This document shows, in pieces, positions 10,837-22,544 of a stretch of 64,000 nucleotides of DNA; within the stretch, counting starts at the first letter, position 1, and each line of letters opens with the position of its first letter. Below the pieces are notes generated by a model. The model worked only from the letters and a program-made list of their open reading frames with translations, was not told the origin of the DNA and did not search any database. Location of the stretch: NCBI GenBank assembly GCA_000146045.2, contig BK006948.2:384001-448000 (forward strand), in the 5' to 3' direction. The DNA comes from TPA_inf: Saccharomyces. Taxonomy: Eukaryota. Both the position numbers and the translations under genes were made by a program.

Positions 10837-13086
10837 TTAGTTTGGACGTAATACTTCTCCTTCTCGGGCCGGATATTCGTATAGCTCGTAGTAGTCAACC
10901 TCAGTTCCACCCAACATAGCTTTTGAAGTATCCGAAGAATAGAAAAATCGTTGCCACAAGGGCGCTGTTACATCACTATTAAGCCAAAAATCCGTCAAAT
11001 TCGTCTTCCAGTGATTTGTCACTAAGAAACTTCGAAGCAATGAACTGTGATGTTGTTGTGGAACCTGTCCATGCAAAATGTGGGTTATACCTACTATTTC
11101 CTTAATAGTAACGAGCCATTGATTAATACCCATCATTGAAAAGCAAGCGCTAAGAATGGCGCGGCGCCTATTTCTTGGTTCCAAACCATCAATAGAAATT
11201 GTGTGAGTAATGGTGGTCGCACTTGGACCTTCAGGAATCATATCACTATCTTCAACACCTTTACTTTCACTGGTATATATAGAGTTTTCGAAGGGTATCA
11301 GATTGATAAATTTTGCCTTGTGCTCCTCCTTGATTAAGATGAACAATTCAGGAGTCGTGATTCCTTTTAATATCTGGAAGAACTGGACAATCAACATAGC
11401 CCCCAGCCAGATGAAGTTTACGCTAATCCAAATGAATAAAAAAAAGGTAGAGGGATCGTAATTAGAACCCTTACACAAAGTCTCATTCTTGAGCAGGGCA
11501 CATCTTGCATATTCTTCAACTTGTTCGTAAATATAGTTCGTTTTCTTAAAATATGCCAGACATAACCACATGAACAAAAACATGTGATATTGGACCGTCA
11601 CAGCAAAGAAGACAAAAAGTTTGTGATTTTTTAAGCCAACATCATTATAAATCCATGGACAATAATGGTCATATCTGGCCACCAGGGCGCCGCTAAAGAA
11701 AGAATATTTACTCCTCAAAGGCTTCCTTTCTAATGTCTCAACACAAAAGTTTTCCCTATCAAACTTCCCTAAGTCAATCAGTTGTTTTATTGTTTCTTGT
11801 ATCGAAGTCAAACTATCATCCGTTTTCAGACAACCAGGATCTGACCGTACTAATCTCAGAAATAGTACAACTGTGAGAAAGGAAGTAACCAAAAACTGGA
11901 CGTTTTTCATGGTATAGTCAGATACACTATATGGATAGAGTTTCTTCGTCCATATATATATTAAAAAACAGAAAGTGGACAGAAAGAGGCCACTGAAAAA
12001 GGGAGTTCTAGTCAAAGAAACTTTGTAAGTGTTTTTTCTGGGAAGGCATGGTAATACAAACTTCTTTAATGTGTTGACCATGACAACAGTGACCAGTAGG
12101 GAAAGCATAATGGCTAGCACTGGAGAAAGAACGAGAGAAATTAAGTATATGTAAACCATGAGTAAAAATGGTGACAAAAAAATTGTGAATTGTGCATGCG
12201 AGCTTTTCTTGAACAGTTTGTCTTTCTGATTTCCAAGCCTGTCATATCCATGATGTTGCAACGCTTGTTCAAAAAGTGATTTGGTTCCCATTCCTTCGGC
12301 TAGATCAAAACAGTCTTGCTTCTGGTTATTCCTTTCGTAGAAATTTGCACCGCTAAGTATTAAGTCACATATGACCCTTTGATCACCTCCAACTAGAGCA
12401 CAATGGAGAGCATTGAACCCTCTGTTGTCCGTCCATGCAACTGTGGAGCCAAATTTCAATAAAAGTTCTACAGTGAGAAAATCTCCTTGATAAGCAGCCC
12501 AAAGTAGGGGTGTTCTGTTATTGTTATCTTTTGAATCGATATCGACGTTGTCATTGTTGTTTACGACAAAATAAAGAACATAAACAACAAGTAAAATGTT
12601 AGAACTGTAAACGCTAAAATGCATGATGTTAAGACCCTGCTCATCTTTGAGCGTCGGATCAGCGCCATGTTTGAGAAGCAGGTCAACAATGTAGATATTA
12701 CCGTACCTTGCGGCCCAGTGCAAAGCAGTAGCCCCTCCGGGGCCTGCCGCCTGGTTAGGATTTGCTCCCCTAAGTAATAGGAACTTTGCTACAGAAAACC
12801 TATTGTTTATACAGGCCCAGTGTAAGCCGGATAATTCATCAATGCGGTCGTTATTAATATCCACTGCTCCACTTTCGACCACGTCCTTCACCACTTTTAA
12901 ATCCCCATCCTTAGCGGCTTCAATGAAAATATCAACCACATATTCAGTGTTGGATCCATCGCCTAGAAGTTGCGCTTTGTTATTGTCCGAATCACTTACA
13001 GCGTGTTGAGCCACATCAGTGACAACAGCTGCCCCATTAGAAGTTTTTTTCACGTTCTCATCATCAATAATTGACATACTGGTCAT
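10837..13086 (-). CDS. AKR2: Ankyrin-repeat palmitoyltransferase with a DHYC variant of the DHHC motif (749 aa)
   Basis: N-terminal ankyrin repeats, multiple TM segments, and [12 protein letters not shown]. Length 749 aa and position between EXO1 and SHE4. Confidence 0.9.
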
Positions 13087-13425
13087 AAGAAACAGTAGAG
13101 TATTTCACAGGTAATTAAGATGTTTATCTGACCGATGAACTTTACAACTTGCTAGTAAAAAGTTGGTGGAGTTCAGTTATTATTAAATGAAAAATGCAAA
13201 GTTTTGACGCTTTCTAATTGTAAACGACAAAGTGAATGATAAAAAGATCGCTGAACGAAAGATGATTCCAAATACTCAAAAATAGCAGCCATACAAACTG
13301 GAACTACTAAATTCAACTAAGATTAAGCGATTAAGAAGTCAGGCTCGTTTAACAACAAGCTTGGTACATCCCAGGCTGCACGAAGTCGTAACTTAAAAAA
13401 AAATAAAGAAGCGAAAAAGAGAAGA

Positions 13426-13668
13426 TCATTTCCTTTGGCATCTATTGTTTGCGAAGCCATCGGACCGAGGCACCTTTGAAAAAAAAAAAAAGGAGCACTT
13501 TCTTCCTTTTTCTCTCACCCAGATTCTTTTAGAACACGTAGGGTACCAGACATAATTTAGAGTAGTGTGATACTTCTGGTGTAAAAATAGAACAAAATAT
13601 ATAAAGGGCACCACTACCAGAGGATATTCTCTGGCTACGAAAATCTTACATAGTTCTTGTGTGTTCAT
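13426..13668 (-). CDS. Small 80-aa ORF between AKR2 and SHE4 (corresponds to YOR034C-A as I recall it). Coding status uncertain.
   Basis: ORF track only. Confidence 0.2.
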   Translation of the reverse strand: MNTQELCKIFVAREYPLVVVPFIYFVLFLHQKYHTTLNYVWYPTCSKRIWVREKGRKCSFFFFSKVPRSDGFANNRCQRK

Positions 13669-13734
13669 TATCAGGGTGCTGTTGTATTTCTTAGTGAAAA
13701 TTAAGAAGAGTTAAACATGGCGATTCTTTCCATA

Positions 13735-16104
13735 TTAGACTTTAATTTTAGCAAGGATAACGGGAATTGCCGCTGAAAACTCTGGTCCTGAATCGCCTCT
13801 CTTTAAAGACATATTTAAAGCATCCTTTAATTTTTGATTTTCTTGCAGCAACGGATACACCTCGTTAGTGCCATTATCCGGTATCACTTCGAATAATCCA
13901 AAAAAAAGCATAAGTAACCTTTGTCTTAACTCAATGTCATCAATTTGATCCGCAAATACCTGAATAGCATTTTCGATTAGTTCTTTCTTGGTTAACAGTT
14001 CCTTAGCTATCAATGGAATCGTGGTGGCAATGTTAGCAAAGATAGCAGCCACTGCTCGTTGAGACTCAACGTCGGATAACTGAAGAAGTTTCACCAATAT
14101 ATTAAAATTTCTCAAACTCTGAGGATTTTCCAAGTTAAAGAACTTAGCAGCAATCGTTAATGGATGACTCATCATATTACTTATGAGCTCTAATGTTGAT
14201 CTTTGCAAAGGAACGTTTTCGTCTAGCATCAGATTCTCAATCGTGGACCAATATACTTTTGTAGATACGATATGCTTGCAAACTTCTTCACCATCAGAGG
14301 TCTCCGATGATGCCAAGTTCGTCAGAGCTAATAGTGCCTCGTAATTGTCTGTCAGCTTTATTTGTTCGTCGTTATGTAACGGATTGTCATCCACTGGCGT
14401 AGACCTTGGCAACAATTCGAACAAGAAGGGGATAGCGTTTAATGCAGAGTATTTTTTAAATATCAAACCCGGATTAGTGAATATTAGCATTCTTGTTAAT
14501 GCCCGACACCCTAGAATCCGTATTGGCTCCCCTATGTCCTGCTTATTGGCCAAATATTCTAAGATGATAGTTGTACCACCTTGTGAAATGCATTGAGGAA
14601 TGAAGTTTTTCGAGCGGGTTATGTTATATATAACCCTAACCACTTGTTGTTTACAATTGGGGCTCAAATTGTGCATTTCCCTCTTCAAAAAGGAAATCAG
14701 CTCGGTCCTTAATATGTACTTTTCGTTAAACAAAAGAATATCTTCCTTTGATTCTTTCTCTGCGCCTACCTTGTCTGCGCCTGGGCCCTTCAAATCTGCG
14801 TAATTTTTTAAGTCATTGATAGACTGTGAACTACCATTGGATTCCTCTGGTAAAGTGGACAAATTTGCCATGATAACTAAGAGACCATATAAACAGTGCG
14901 TCATTTTCTGGCTTTTAATCATAGTTAATAGAATTTCAGTAAAGCTCTCGTTACTCCTAATCATAATCTTAACCGAGGCCTTTAGACTTAAATATGCCAG
15001 CGCTTCAACGGACATTTCAACTTTAGGAACCTCCTCGAGCTTAACCGCACTTTCATTGACATTTTCAATTTTTGGCATGATACGTCTTGAAATAGCGTTT
15101 ATAAAGATTTCGGACAGTTGCTTCAAGTTTATACACGTTAATTTTGTGAAAGACCATGTCTTAACTAACACCAATGCAGAATATATTTGTACATCTTCCA
15201 CGTTTAGTGATCTTTCCAATAGTTGAAGGTAATTTTCTGTAATATACGTTCTCATGGTCTCATCAATACACGCGGAAGATAATAACCGCAGCAGTTCTTT
15301 TGTAAACTGTAAATCCTGCTCTTCGAATACTCTCTTCTTAAAAAGCTTACTTAGTCCTTTGGTCAAAAATATTTCAGAACAAAGTGTTGTCAATGAAGGA
15401 TATAATTCTGATAGGGTTTTGACTATGATGGACAATGGATCATTTCCAACGTCTATTTCTGCCTCCACAATTAAGCTACTCATGAAATCGACCACTGCTT
15501 TATCAAAGTCTTTTTGGAAGCTTGATTGTAATTCAGCAAAAATTATAAGCATCATCGATTTTACTTCATCTTCGCTTATGCGCAAAATAAGTTCCTTCAC
15601 TAAAAATCGCACCTCCTTGAAATTGTACTTGAACTTATTCAATAGTTGTAGAATTATGCTCAGTAAATACGTGACGTGGGTGTCCTCGCCATAGTGTATC
15701 CTAATTTGCAGCTCATTTAACAATGCAATTGTTGCGTCTTTATTGGAAAAGCAACCAACGAAAACGTGGATGGATGATCTTGATAATATTTCAAATAAAT
15801 TGAGTGCGAAGGGAATATCATTCTGTATAAGTTTAGATAAATGTACGCGGGACTCAGAATGGTCTTGGTAAGACCTGGTCAATATTTCTTCGATTTTCTG
15901 ACGATCTTTAAGGGCTTCACTATTCGTTAAATCAGCCGGCATTTTCCCAGATTCAGATTTTTGCCTTAGCTGGAAAATTGTATTTATAGCATCATTGTAT
16001 TTTTGGACATCAGGGGTGGATTTCAAAGTCTTGTCAAATGCAGCGCAGAGGCTATCAATAGTAGAGCTATCGATTGGATCATTCCCTTTCTCACACAGTG
16101 GCAT
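13735..16104 (-). CDS. SHE4: UCS-domain myosin chaperone (789 aa)
   Basis: Length 789 aa, armadillo-like helical repeats, position upstream of and divergent to PEP12. Confidence 0.9.
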   Translation of the reverse strand: MPLCEKGNDPIDSSTIDSLCAAFDKTLKSTPDVQKYNDAINTIFQLRQKSESGKMPADLTNSEALKDRQKIEEILTRSYQDHSESRVHLSKLIQNDIPFALNLFEILSRSSIHVFVGCFSNKDATIALLNELQIRIHYGEDTHVTYLLSIILQLLNKFKYNFKEVRFLVKELILRISEDEVKSMMLIIFAELQSSFQKDFDKAVVDFMSSLIVEAEIDVGNDPLSIIVKTLSELYPSLTTLCSEIFLTKGLSKLFKKRVFEEQDLQFTKELLRLLSSACIDETMRTYITENYLQLLERSLNVEDVQIYSALVLVKTWSFTKLTCINLKQLSEIFINAISRRIMPKIENVNESAVKLEEVPKVEMSVEALAYLSLKASVKIMIRSNESFTEILLTMIKSQKMTHCLYGLLVIMANLSTLPEESNGSSQSINDLKNYADLKGPGADKVGAEKESKEDILLFNEKYILRTELISFLKREMHNLSPNCKQQVVRVIYNITRSKNFIPQCISQGGTTIILEYLANKQDIGEPIRILGCRALTRMLIFTNPGLIFKKYSALNAIPFLFELLPRSTPVDDNPLHNDEQIKLTDNYEALLALTNLASSETSDGEEVCKHIVSTKVYWSTIENLMLDENVPLQRSTLELISNMMSHPLTIAAKFFNLENPQSLRNFNILVKLLQLSDVESQRAVAAIFANIATTIPLIAKELLTKKELIENAIQVFADQIDDIELRQRLLMLFFGLFEVIPDNGTNEVYPLLQENQKLKDALNMSLKRGDSGPEFSAAIPVILAKIKV

Positions 16105-16347
16105 CGTGATTCTAATTTTTTAGTAATCTTTTCATGTGAGTAGTTTAGATAAAACGTCTTCACTATTAAGTAGAAGATTCGTAATTGGATTTAAGCCTTC
16201 GTGCCTTATCGCGGCTGATAATCATCATGATCGACGATGAACTACTGCGCCAGAGTATAATCCCCTATAAAACAGGCCTGCTATCACTCCAAAGAGAATG
16301 CTTTTATAGAAGAATATAACGTAAATTACTACAATAATTGTGTTGAG

Positions 16348-17214
16348 ATGTCGGAAGACGAATTTTTTGGTGGTGATAATGAAGCCGTTTGGAACGGTTC
16401 CAGATTCAGTGATTCACCTGAGTTCCAAACGTTGAAAGAAGAGGTTGCTGCAGAGTTATTTGAAATAAATGGGCAAATAAGCACGCTGCAGCAGTTTACC
16501 GCGACACTTAAGTCATTTATAGATCGGGGAGATGTTAGTGCGAAAGTTGTGGAAAGAATTAATAAGAGATCTGTGGCAAAGATAGAAGAAATAGGCGGGC
16601 TCATTAAAAAGGTCAATACATCAGTGAAAAAGATGGATGCGATTGAGGAAGCTAGCCTGGATAAGACTCAAATAATAGCGAGAGAGAAACTTGTGAGGGA
16701 TGTCAGTTACTCTTTTCAAGAGTTTCAAGGTATTCAGCGGCAGTTTACCCAAGTAATGAAACAAGTTAATGAAAGAGCAAAAGAATCTCTTGAAGCAAGT
16801 GAGATGGCAAATGATGCTGCTTTATTAGATGAAGAACAAAGGCAGAATAGCTCAAAAAGTACTCGAATACCAGGCAGCCAAATAGTCATTGAGAGAGACC
16901 CGATAAATAACGAAGAGTTTGCTTATCAGCAAAATCTTATCGAGCAAAGAGACCAGGAAATCAGCAATATTGAAAGAGGTATAACGGAACTGAACGAAGT
17001 TTTTAAAGATTTGGGAAGTGTTGTTCAACAGCAGGGTGTGCTAGTTGACAATATTGAAGCAAATATTTATACAACGTCAGATAACACTCAATTGGCTTCA
17101 GACGAGCTAAGGAAGGCCATGCGGTACCAAAAACGTACGAGCAGATGGAGGGTGTATTTGTTGATTGTGCTTCTCGTAATGCTTCTTTTTATTTTTCTCA
17201 TTATGAAATTGTAA
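16348..17214 (+). CDS. PEP12: Syntaxin-family t-SNARE of the late endosome/vacuole pathway (288 aa) with a C-terminal TM anchor
   Basis: SNARE coiled-coil followed by the C-terminal hydrophobic tail WRVYLLIVLLVMLLFIFLIMKL. Length 288 aa. Confidence 0.95.
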   Translation: MSEDEFFGGDNEAVWNGSRFSDSPEFQTLKEEVAAELFEINGQISTLQQFTATLKSFIDRGDVSAKVVERINKRSVAKIEEIGGLIKKVNTSVKKMDAIEEASLDKTQIIAREKLVRDVSYSFQEFQGIQRQFTQVMKQVNERAKESLEASEMANDAALLDEEQRQNSSKSTRIPGSQIVIERDPINNEEFAYQQNLIEQRDQEISNIERGITELNEVFKDLGSVVQQQGVLVDNIEANIYTTSDNTQLASDELRKAMRYQKRTSRWRVYLLIVLLVMLLFIFLIMKL

Positions 17215-17554
17215 ACCAAACCAACACACGTCGTCAAATATCATATACATAATATATACACTTAAAACAGATTCGTGTTAATGAACTTGTTTTGCACTTT
17301 CACTGTACAATGCATGGGCTCTCTCATAATATTTCTACGCCGTCGCATCTTAACCAGCCGCAAAGAGAGAGTATATTCCATAATTCAGTTTTTCGCCTTT
17401 CCTTGCCCTTCTGAAATGTTGTTAATATCATCATACCCTAATGAAGAGTGAAAATTCACTTAACCCAAGTGAAAAATACAACTTCGAAGAGTGCAACGTG
17501 TTGAAAGAACCCTTCAAAAATAGAAAAGAGGAAACGAAAAAAAGAAAAAGTAGC

Positions 17555-18655
17555 ATGCTGTGGAAAAATTATGTTCTATCCAGTTCCCGAATAACACGTA
17601 GGCTTCATAAGTCACCTAGAAAGAGCAGCTTCTCTAAGAACTTTTTTATCACAGGCTGCCTACTGACAGTTGGAGCAGTAAGCAGTTATTTAACCTACAG
17701 GTACACAAGTGAGAGGGAAAACAAACATGAGTTATCTCCATCTTATTTTGTCAAGTACAAGATTTCACACAAGCGAGATATTGATTCATCACATTTTTTA
17801 TTGGAAGTAACTCCGTTGTTTAAGCAGAAAGTTAACATATGGTCATTGATGACTGCGGAAAATCTGTGGTCCGTCGAGATCAAACAACCGGAAGTCATGG
17901 TGGTCCGCAATTATACGCCTCTACCGCTTAAATTTAACCCAGCTTCAAAAGAGATTGAAATCTTAAAAGATGGTGACAATGCAGATGGAAAATTATCTTT
18001 CTATATTAAGAAGTATGAGAATGGAGAAGTTGCAAGATGGTTACACCATCTTCCCAAGGGACATATAATTGAAATAAGAGGCCCGTTTATCGATTATGAG
18101 TTTCCTCATTTGCCTAATGAGCTAAAAAGATCTCGCGATTGTTTATACATGGATAATCGCAATGAAAGGGGCAATAACGTTAGAGAAAATTCCCAATTTA
18201 TTTACCAGCCTTATGACATAATGATGTTCACCGCTGGTACCGGAATAGTTACTGCGTTGCAACTACTTTTGACTGAATCACCATTTAGAGGTACTATAAA
18301 GTTATTTCATACGGATAAGAACATTAAACAACTGGGACCCTTGTATCCTATCCTTTTAAGACTTCAAGCTTCAAACAGGGTCCAGTTAAAAATTTTTGAA
18401 ACAGACCGACAAACTAAACAAGACGTATTGAAAAGTATCCAGAAATCAATCACGAAGCCCTACCCATACAAAGGTCTGCTCCCCTTTTCCAACGTTAACA
18501 ACAAGAATATTATGCCTGTGTTGGCATTGGTATGCGGCCCCGAAAGTTATATTAGTAGCATATCTGGAAGAAAATACGATCTTAATCAGGGACCAGTAGG
18601 AGGGTTACTTTCCAAAGAAGGCTGGAACTCCGATAATGTGTATAAACTTTCATAA
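17555..18655 (+). CDS. CYC2: Mitochondrial FAD/NAD-binding oxidoreductase-like protein needed for cytochrome c haem attachment; 366 aa from the second in-frame ATG of ORF 17441..18655
   Basis: Starting at MLWKNYVLSS gives the reference length of 366 aa. Located between PEP12 and HIR2. Confidence 0.8.
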   Translation: MLWKNYVLSSSRITRRLHKSPRKSSFSKNFFITGCLLTVGAVSSYLTYRYTSERENKHELSPSYFVKYKISHKRDIDSSHFLLEVTPLFKQKVNIWSLMTAENLWSVEIKQPEVMVVRNYTPLPLKFNPASKEIEILKDGDNADGKLSFYIKKYENGEVARWLHHLPKGHIIEIRGPFIDYEFPHLPNELKRSRDCLYMDNRNERGNNVRENSQFIYQPYDIMMFTAGTGIVTALQLLLTESPFRGTIKLFHTDKNIKQLGPLYPILLRLQASNRVQLKIFETDRQTKQDVLKSIQKSITKPYPYKGLLPFSNVNNKNIMPVLALVCGPESYISSISGRKYDLNQGPVGGLLSKEGWNSDNVYKLS

Positions 18656-18760
18656 TTTAACGTTCGAGATTAAGAAGGCAATTACAATAATATTACATAC
18701 TGTAGATAATGAATATAATGAAAAATATAAGAGTTTAAACTATACATTGTTAAAGCCAAA

Positions 18761-21388
18761 CTAAGATATTATATTCATTTCCTTGGCATAACGTGTAGTA
18801 ACTCTTTGAACCTGTCTGATATCACCGCATGCAATTAGTATCTTTTTTAGAAGGTTCCTCTTAAAATCTTTATCGGCAAATGCTGACCCGGTACCACTGA
18901 TGGGGAGATCATCATATAACCATTGAAAAACATCGTTCAAACGGTCCATATACCCCAATTCACTCAGACGGATGCAATAAACCATCATTAGCTTCGAAAA
19001 CTCTTCAGGCTCCTCCAATCTGATACTTATTAGGATTTTATTTTCCAGGTGAGACAAAGTTACGATCTCCTCCATATTTTCAAATCCCTCTTTCATTAAT
19101 ATTGTCCTAGCAAATCTCTGTAAATTCTTAATCCTACCCTTTCTATTAAGTTCGTCATTCGTTTTGCATTCCAAAAAGTTAATGATACTTTGATTATCAT
19201 TCTTGATATCACTAACTATTTCATTAATATTAGATTCACTGCCATTAAAAGAGTCGGTATTTGCTTTGCTAGAAGACAACCCAGTAGTATTAGTAGTGTC
19301 CCAGTACTGCGAACCATAGGCCCACCACCCATCGCTTACCAGAAGCCATGTTTCCATGTTCTTATCGAACAAATAACCATCGCCATTACTCAGTGTAACT
19401 AGTGGCACACCCTTTTTTGTAATAGAGCACAATGTTATATTTTCAGCTCTGGTCAATATATCATCTGAGTATCGCAATGACGGGTTTAACAATGGATAAA
19501 TAGTGTTGGTGGGAAAAGCCAGCTTCTTCTGCTCTATGTTCCAACAATAAAGCTCCCCTATGCTTGTTAAGCAAAGTAAATAAGTTCCACATGCTTCAAG
19601 GAAACTAATGCTAACTCCTAATACTAGGGGAGCCATTAGTTTTCTACCCGAATCAGAATATATGTAAATACTTCCGTCCTCACTACAGAATGACCAAAAG
19701 GTGTCACCTGCTGTGCAGATTGTTATGAGTTTTGGAATAAAATCTTGAAATAGAACTTGATCTTGATCGAGAACTTTTGAGGTAAGCTTGACAATTGTCG
19801 GCCTTTGTTCATTGCCAGATCCATTCTTAACATCGAGGATTAAATTCGGATTATTAATTGGAGAGTATTTAAATGTAGATCTGATTTTCGGTGTTGCAAG
19901 TCTAATCCTTGAGAAAGACGTATTGGGTAGGAGCAAGCCGGTATCTAAAAAGTCAATTGGCTGTAGCTCTTTTTTCTGCTTTTTGCTGCCAGGGGCAATG
20001 TTACTTGGAGTTGCCTCTTTTGGCTTTCTCTTCAAATCCCTTGGCACAGTGTATGATGGAGTGTTGAATTCCATTGATGTGCTCTGGATAGTTTTGATGC
20101 CATTAGTTTGATTGTTAGCCGTTTTTTTTTTGGTCGGTTTCTTGCCCACGGCAGATCTACCAATATCGTTTGGAATAGGTGCTGCGCTTGCAGATTCTTC
20201 TAATTTGATGTTTTCTGGGAAACTTTTCGGTATTTGTTCTGCTAACGGCTCTTCAAGCTTTGGAAGCTTTTTGTTTACTTCTTGTAACGATTTGATTTCC
20301 GTTTGAGGCAATGCTACACCTAAATCCTTCTCTTGGAATGCGAATGTATACAATGTCGCGTCGTTTGAAATGGCAAACAAGGTGAACCCATCCTGTGACC
20401 AAGACATATCGTTTATTGCGGTGGAGGAAACCTGGAGAGCATTAAACAAAGGTTTCATTCTCTTCGTATTCCAAACCAAAATAGTACCGTCTGTAGATCC
20501 CGAAGTGGCGATTAAATTATAGCGTGTGCTGGTGCCCTTTTTCAAATTAGGCTTTTCATAAAATGCTGGAGAATAAACAAGAACTCTACATCCATTTGAA
20601 GAAGGTGTTACCAGTGTTTTTGTAACTTTGTAGTTGTTATTTCTGTCAAGTAAAGCGGTACAGCTGGTAGCATTATTCGGCACACCTTTCACCGAGTTTA
20701 TCACTGGTAAAATGTCTGCCTGAGGTGACATTGAGATTCTATAATGTAATGGATACATTTGTACATGCTGCGTAAGTTTATTTATGAGTTTGTGTGTACC
20801 CGTTTTGTTAATTTGATAGACTAAAATTGATCTATCTGAAGTCATAACAGTAAAAGTTTGGCCAGTAGGATCTATTATGCCTGTAATAGGTTTGCTCGCC
20901 TTGTCAATAGTTATTTCAGAGAGTTTATCAAAGGTTTTATGCCGAAATAATAGTATCTTATTTTCATTACTTAAAAGAACAAATAAGATACCTAAGTTTA
21001 TGTCATATTTCACATCCGTTATTGTGCTTGGAGATTTACACTCGAACAGAAGCTTACTGTTCATTTTTTCGACAGAATTGATGTTATTTGTATCTCTACA
21101 GAGCCAACCTGAATAACCCCACAGACGATGTTCAGATCCAATATACAATGTTTCGAGATCACCTGTTATGAAAAAAATATCACCGGTAGTATCCTGATCC
21201 ACCTGGAAAGAAACTTCTGGCTTTAAATCCTTAATCATAACCCTATCGAATGCAGTATCGACTAGTTGTTGTTGTCTCCACGCCATCACGTGACCCCCAC
21301 TGCCTGCCAATATGATATAGGGACCAAGGGCAGCTAAGGCATTCACTTGTTCATTATGAATATCCAAAGGATACTTTAATAATCTCAT
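18761..21388 (-). CDS. HIR2: WD40-repeat histone-gene transcriptional corepressor / HIR complex subunit (875 aa)
   Basis: N-terminal WD repeats, length 875 aa, divergent from CKB2. Confidence 0.95.
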   Translation of the reverse strand: MRLLKYPLDIHNEQVNALAALGPYIILAGSGGHVMAWRQQQLVDTAFDRVMIKDLKPEVSFQVDQDTTGDIFFITGDLETLYIGSEHRLWGYSGWLCRDTNNINSVEKMNSKLLFECKSPSTITDVKYDINLGILFVLLSNENKILLFRHKTFDKLSEITIDKASKPITGIIDPTGQTFTVMTSDRSILVYQINKTGTHKLINKLTQHVQMYPLHYRISMSPQADILPVINSVKGVPNNATSCTALLDRNNNYKVTKTLVTPSSNGCRVLVYSPAFYEKPNLKKGTSTRYNLIATSGSTDGTILVWNTKRMKPLFNALQVSSTAINDMSWSQDGFTLFAISNDATLYTFAFQEKDLGVALPQTEIKSLQEVNKKLPKLEEPLAEQIPKSFPENIKLEESASAAPIPNDIGRSAVGKKPTKKKTANNQTNGIKTIQSTSMEFNTPSYTVPRDLKRKPKEATPSNIAPGSKKQKKELQPIDFLDTGLLLPNTSFSRIRLATPKIRSTFKYSPINNPNLILDVKNGSGNEQRPTIVKLTSKVLDQDQVLFQDFIPKLITICTAGDTFWSFCSEDGSIYIYSDSGRKLMAPLVLGVSISFLEACGTYLLCLTSIGELYCWNIEQKKLAFPTNTIYPLLNPSLRYSDDILTRAENITLCSITKKGVPLVTLSNGDGYLFDKNMETWLLVSDGWWAYGSQYWDTTNTTGLSSSKANTDSFNGSESNINEIVSDIKNDNQSIINFLECKTNDELNRKGRIKNLQRFARTILMKEGFENMEEIVTLSHLENKILISIRLEEPEEFSKLMMVYCIRLSELGYMDRLNDVFQWLYDDLPISGTGSAFADKDFKRNLLKKILIACGDIRQVQRVTTRYAKEMNIIS

Positions 21389-21767
21389 TGTTCCGGATTG
21401 TGTAGGAACTCCTTTGCTGCGTGGCGTATTCCTCTGTATGGACGATTTAGCACTTTTTGTATATTGTTTTATGAAGACTTCATAATTCTAGCCGAATTAA
21501 CTGATATTTTTTTCGCGCTTTTTTTTGTCGACCTTCCAGGAAGAAAAAATATGAAAGCGAATAAATGGAGGTGTATTGGCAATCCTTTATCAAATGAAAA
21601 CAAGCACCAAATAGAATAAGTAAATCACATTCTTAAAGAAGTTGGTCATTCCAGATACGTGGAATTTTCCTGCTGTATTTTTTCATCAATCTTTTACTTG
21701 AGAAATACTAGCTTTTTTCAAATTATTCAAGATTAAGGGACTTAGAGAACTGATAGAAAAGCAGATC

Positions 21768-22544
21768 ATGGGCAGTAGATCGGAGAATGTGGGAACAGTG
21801 ACTAGAGAAGGCTCCAGAGTGGAACAAGATGATGTCCTCATGGATGATGACTCTGACTCATCGGAATACGTGGATATGTGGATCGATTTATTTCTTGGGA
21901 GAAAAGGCCATGAATATTTCTGTGATGTCGATCCTGAGTACATCACTGATCGTTTTAATCTGATGAACTTGCAAAAGACAGTTTCAAAATTTTCCTACGT
22001 GGTACAATATATTGTGGATGATTTGGATGATAGTATCCTAGAGAATATGACACATGCCCGTTTAGAACAATTAGAATCAGATTCCCGGAAGCTGTATGGT
22101 CTCATCCATGCACGCTACATTATAACTATCAAAGGATTGCAAAAAATGTACGCTAAGTACAAAGAGGCGGACTTTGGAAGATGTCCCCGTGTGTATTGTA
22201 ATTTACAACAGTTGTTACCGGTTGGTTTGCATGACATTCCTGGTATAGATTGTGTCAAGTTATATTGTCCATCTTGTGAGGATCTTTATATACCAAAATC
22301 ATCGAGACATAGTTCCATTGATGGTGCATACTTTGGAACAAGTTTTCCAGGTATGTTTTTGCAAGCATTTCCAGATATGGTACCCAAACACCCAACTAAA
22401 AGATATGTTCCAAAAATATTTGGATTTGAATTACATAAACAAGCTCAACTGACAAGGTGGCAAGAACTACAACGACTCAAGTTAGTTGAGAAACTTGAAT
22501 CCAAAGATGTTGATTTGACGAAAAGTGGTGGTTTTAAAACCTAA
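21768..22544 (+). CDS. CKB2: Casein kinase II regulatory beta' subunit (258 aa)
   Basis: CK2-beta zinc-ribbon CPRVYCNLQQLLPVGLHDIPG...VKLYCPSCEDLYIP. Length 258 aa. Confidence 0.95.
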   Translation: MGSRSENVGTVTREGSRVEQDDVLMDDDSDSSEYVDMWIDLFLGRKGHEYFCDVDPEYITDRFNLMNLQKTVSKFSYVVQYIVDDLDDSILENMTHARLEQLESDSRKLYGLIHARYIITIKGLQKMYAKYKEADFGRCPRVYCNLQQLLPVGLHDIPGIDCVKLYCPSCEDLYIPKSSRHSSIDGAYFGTSFPGMFLQAFPDMVPKHPTKRYVPKIFGFELHKQAQLTRWQELQRLKLVEKLESKDVDLTKSGGFKT

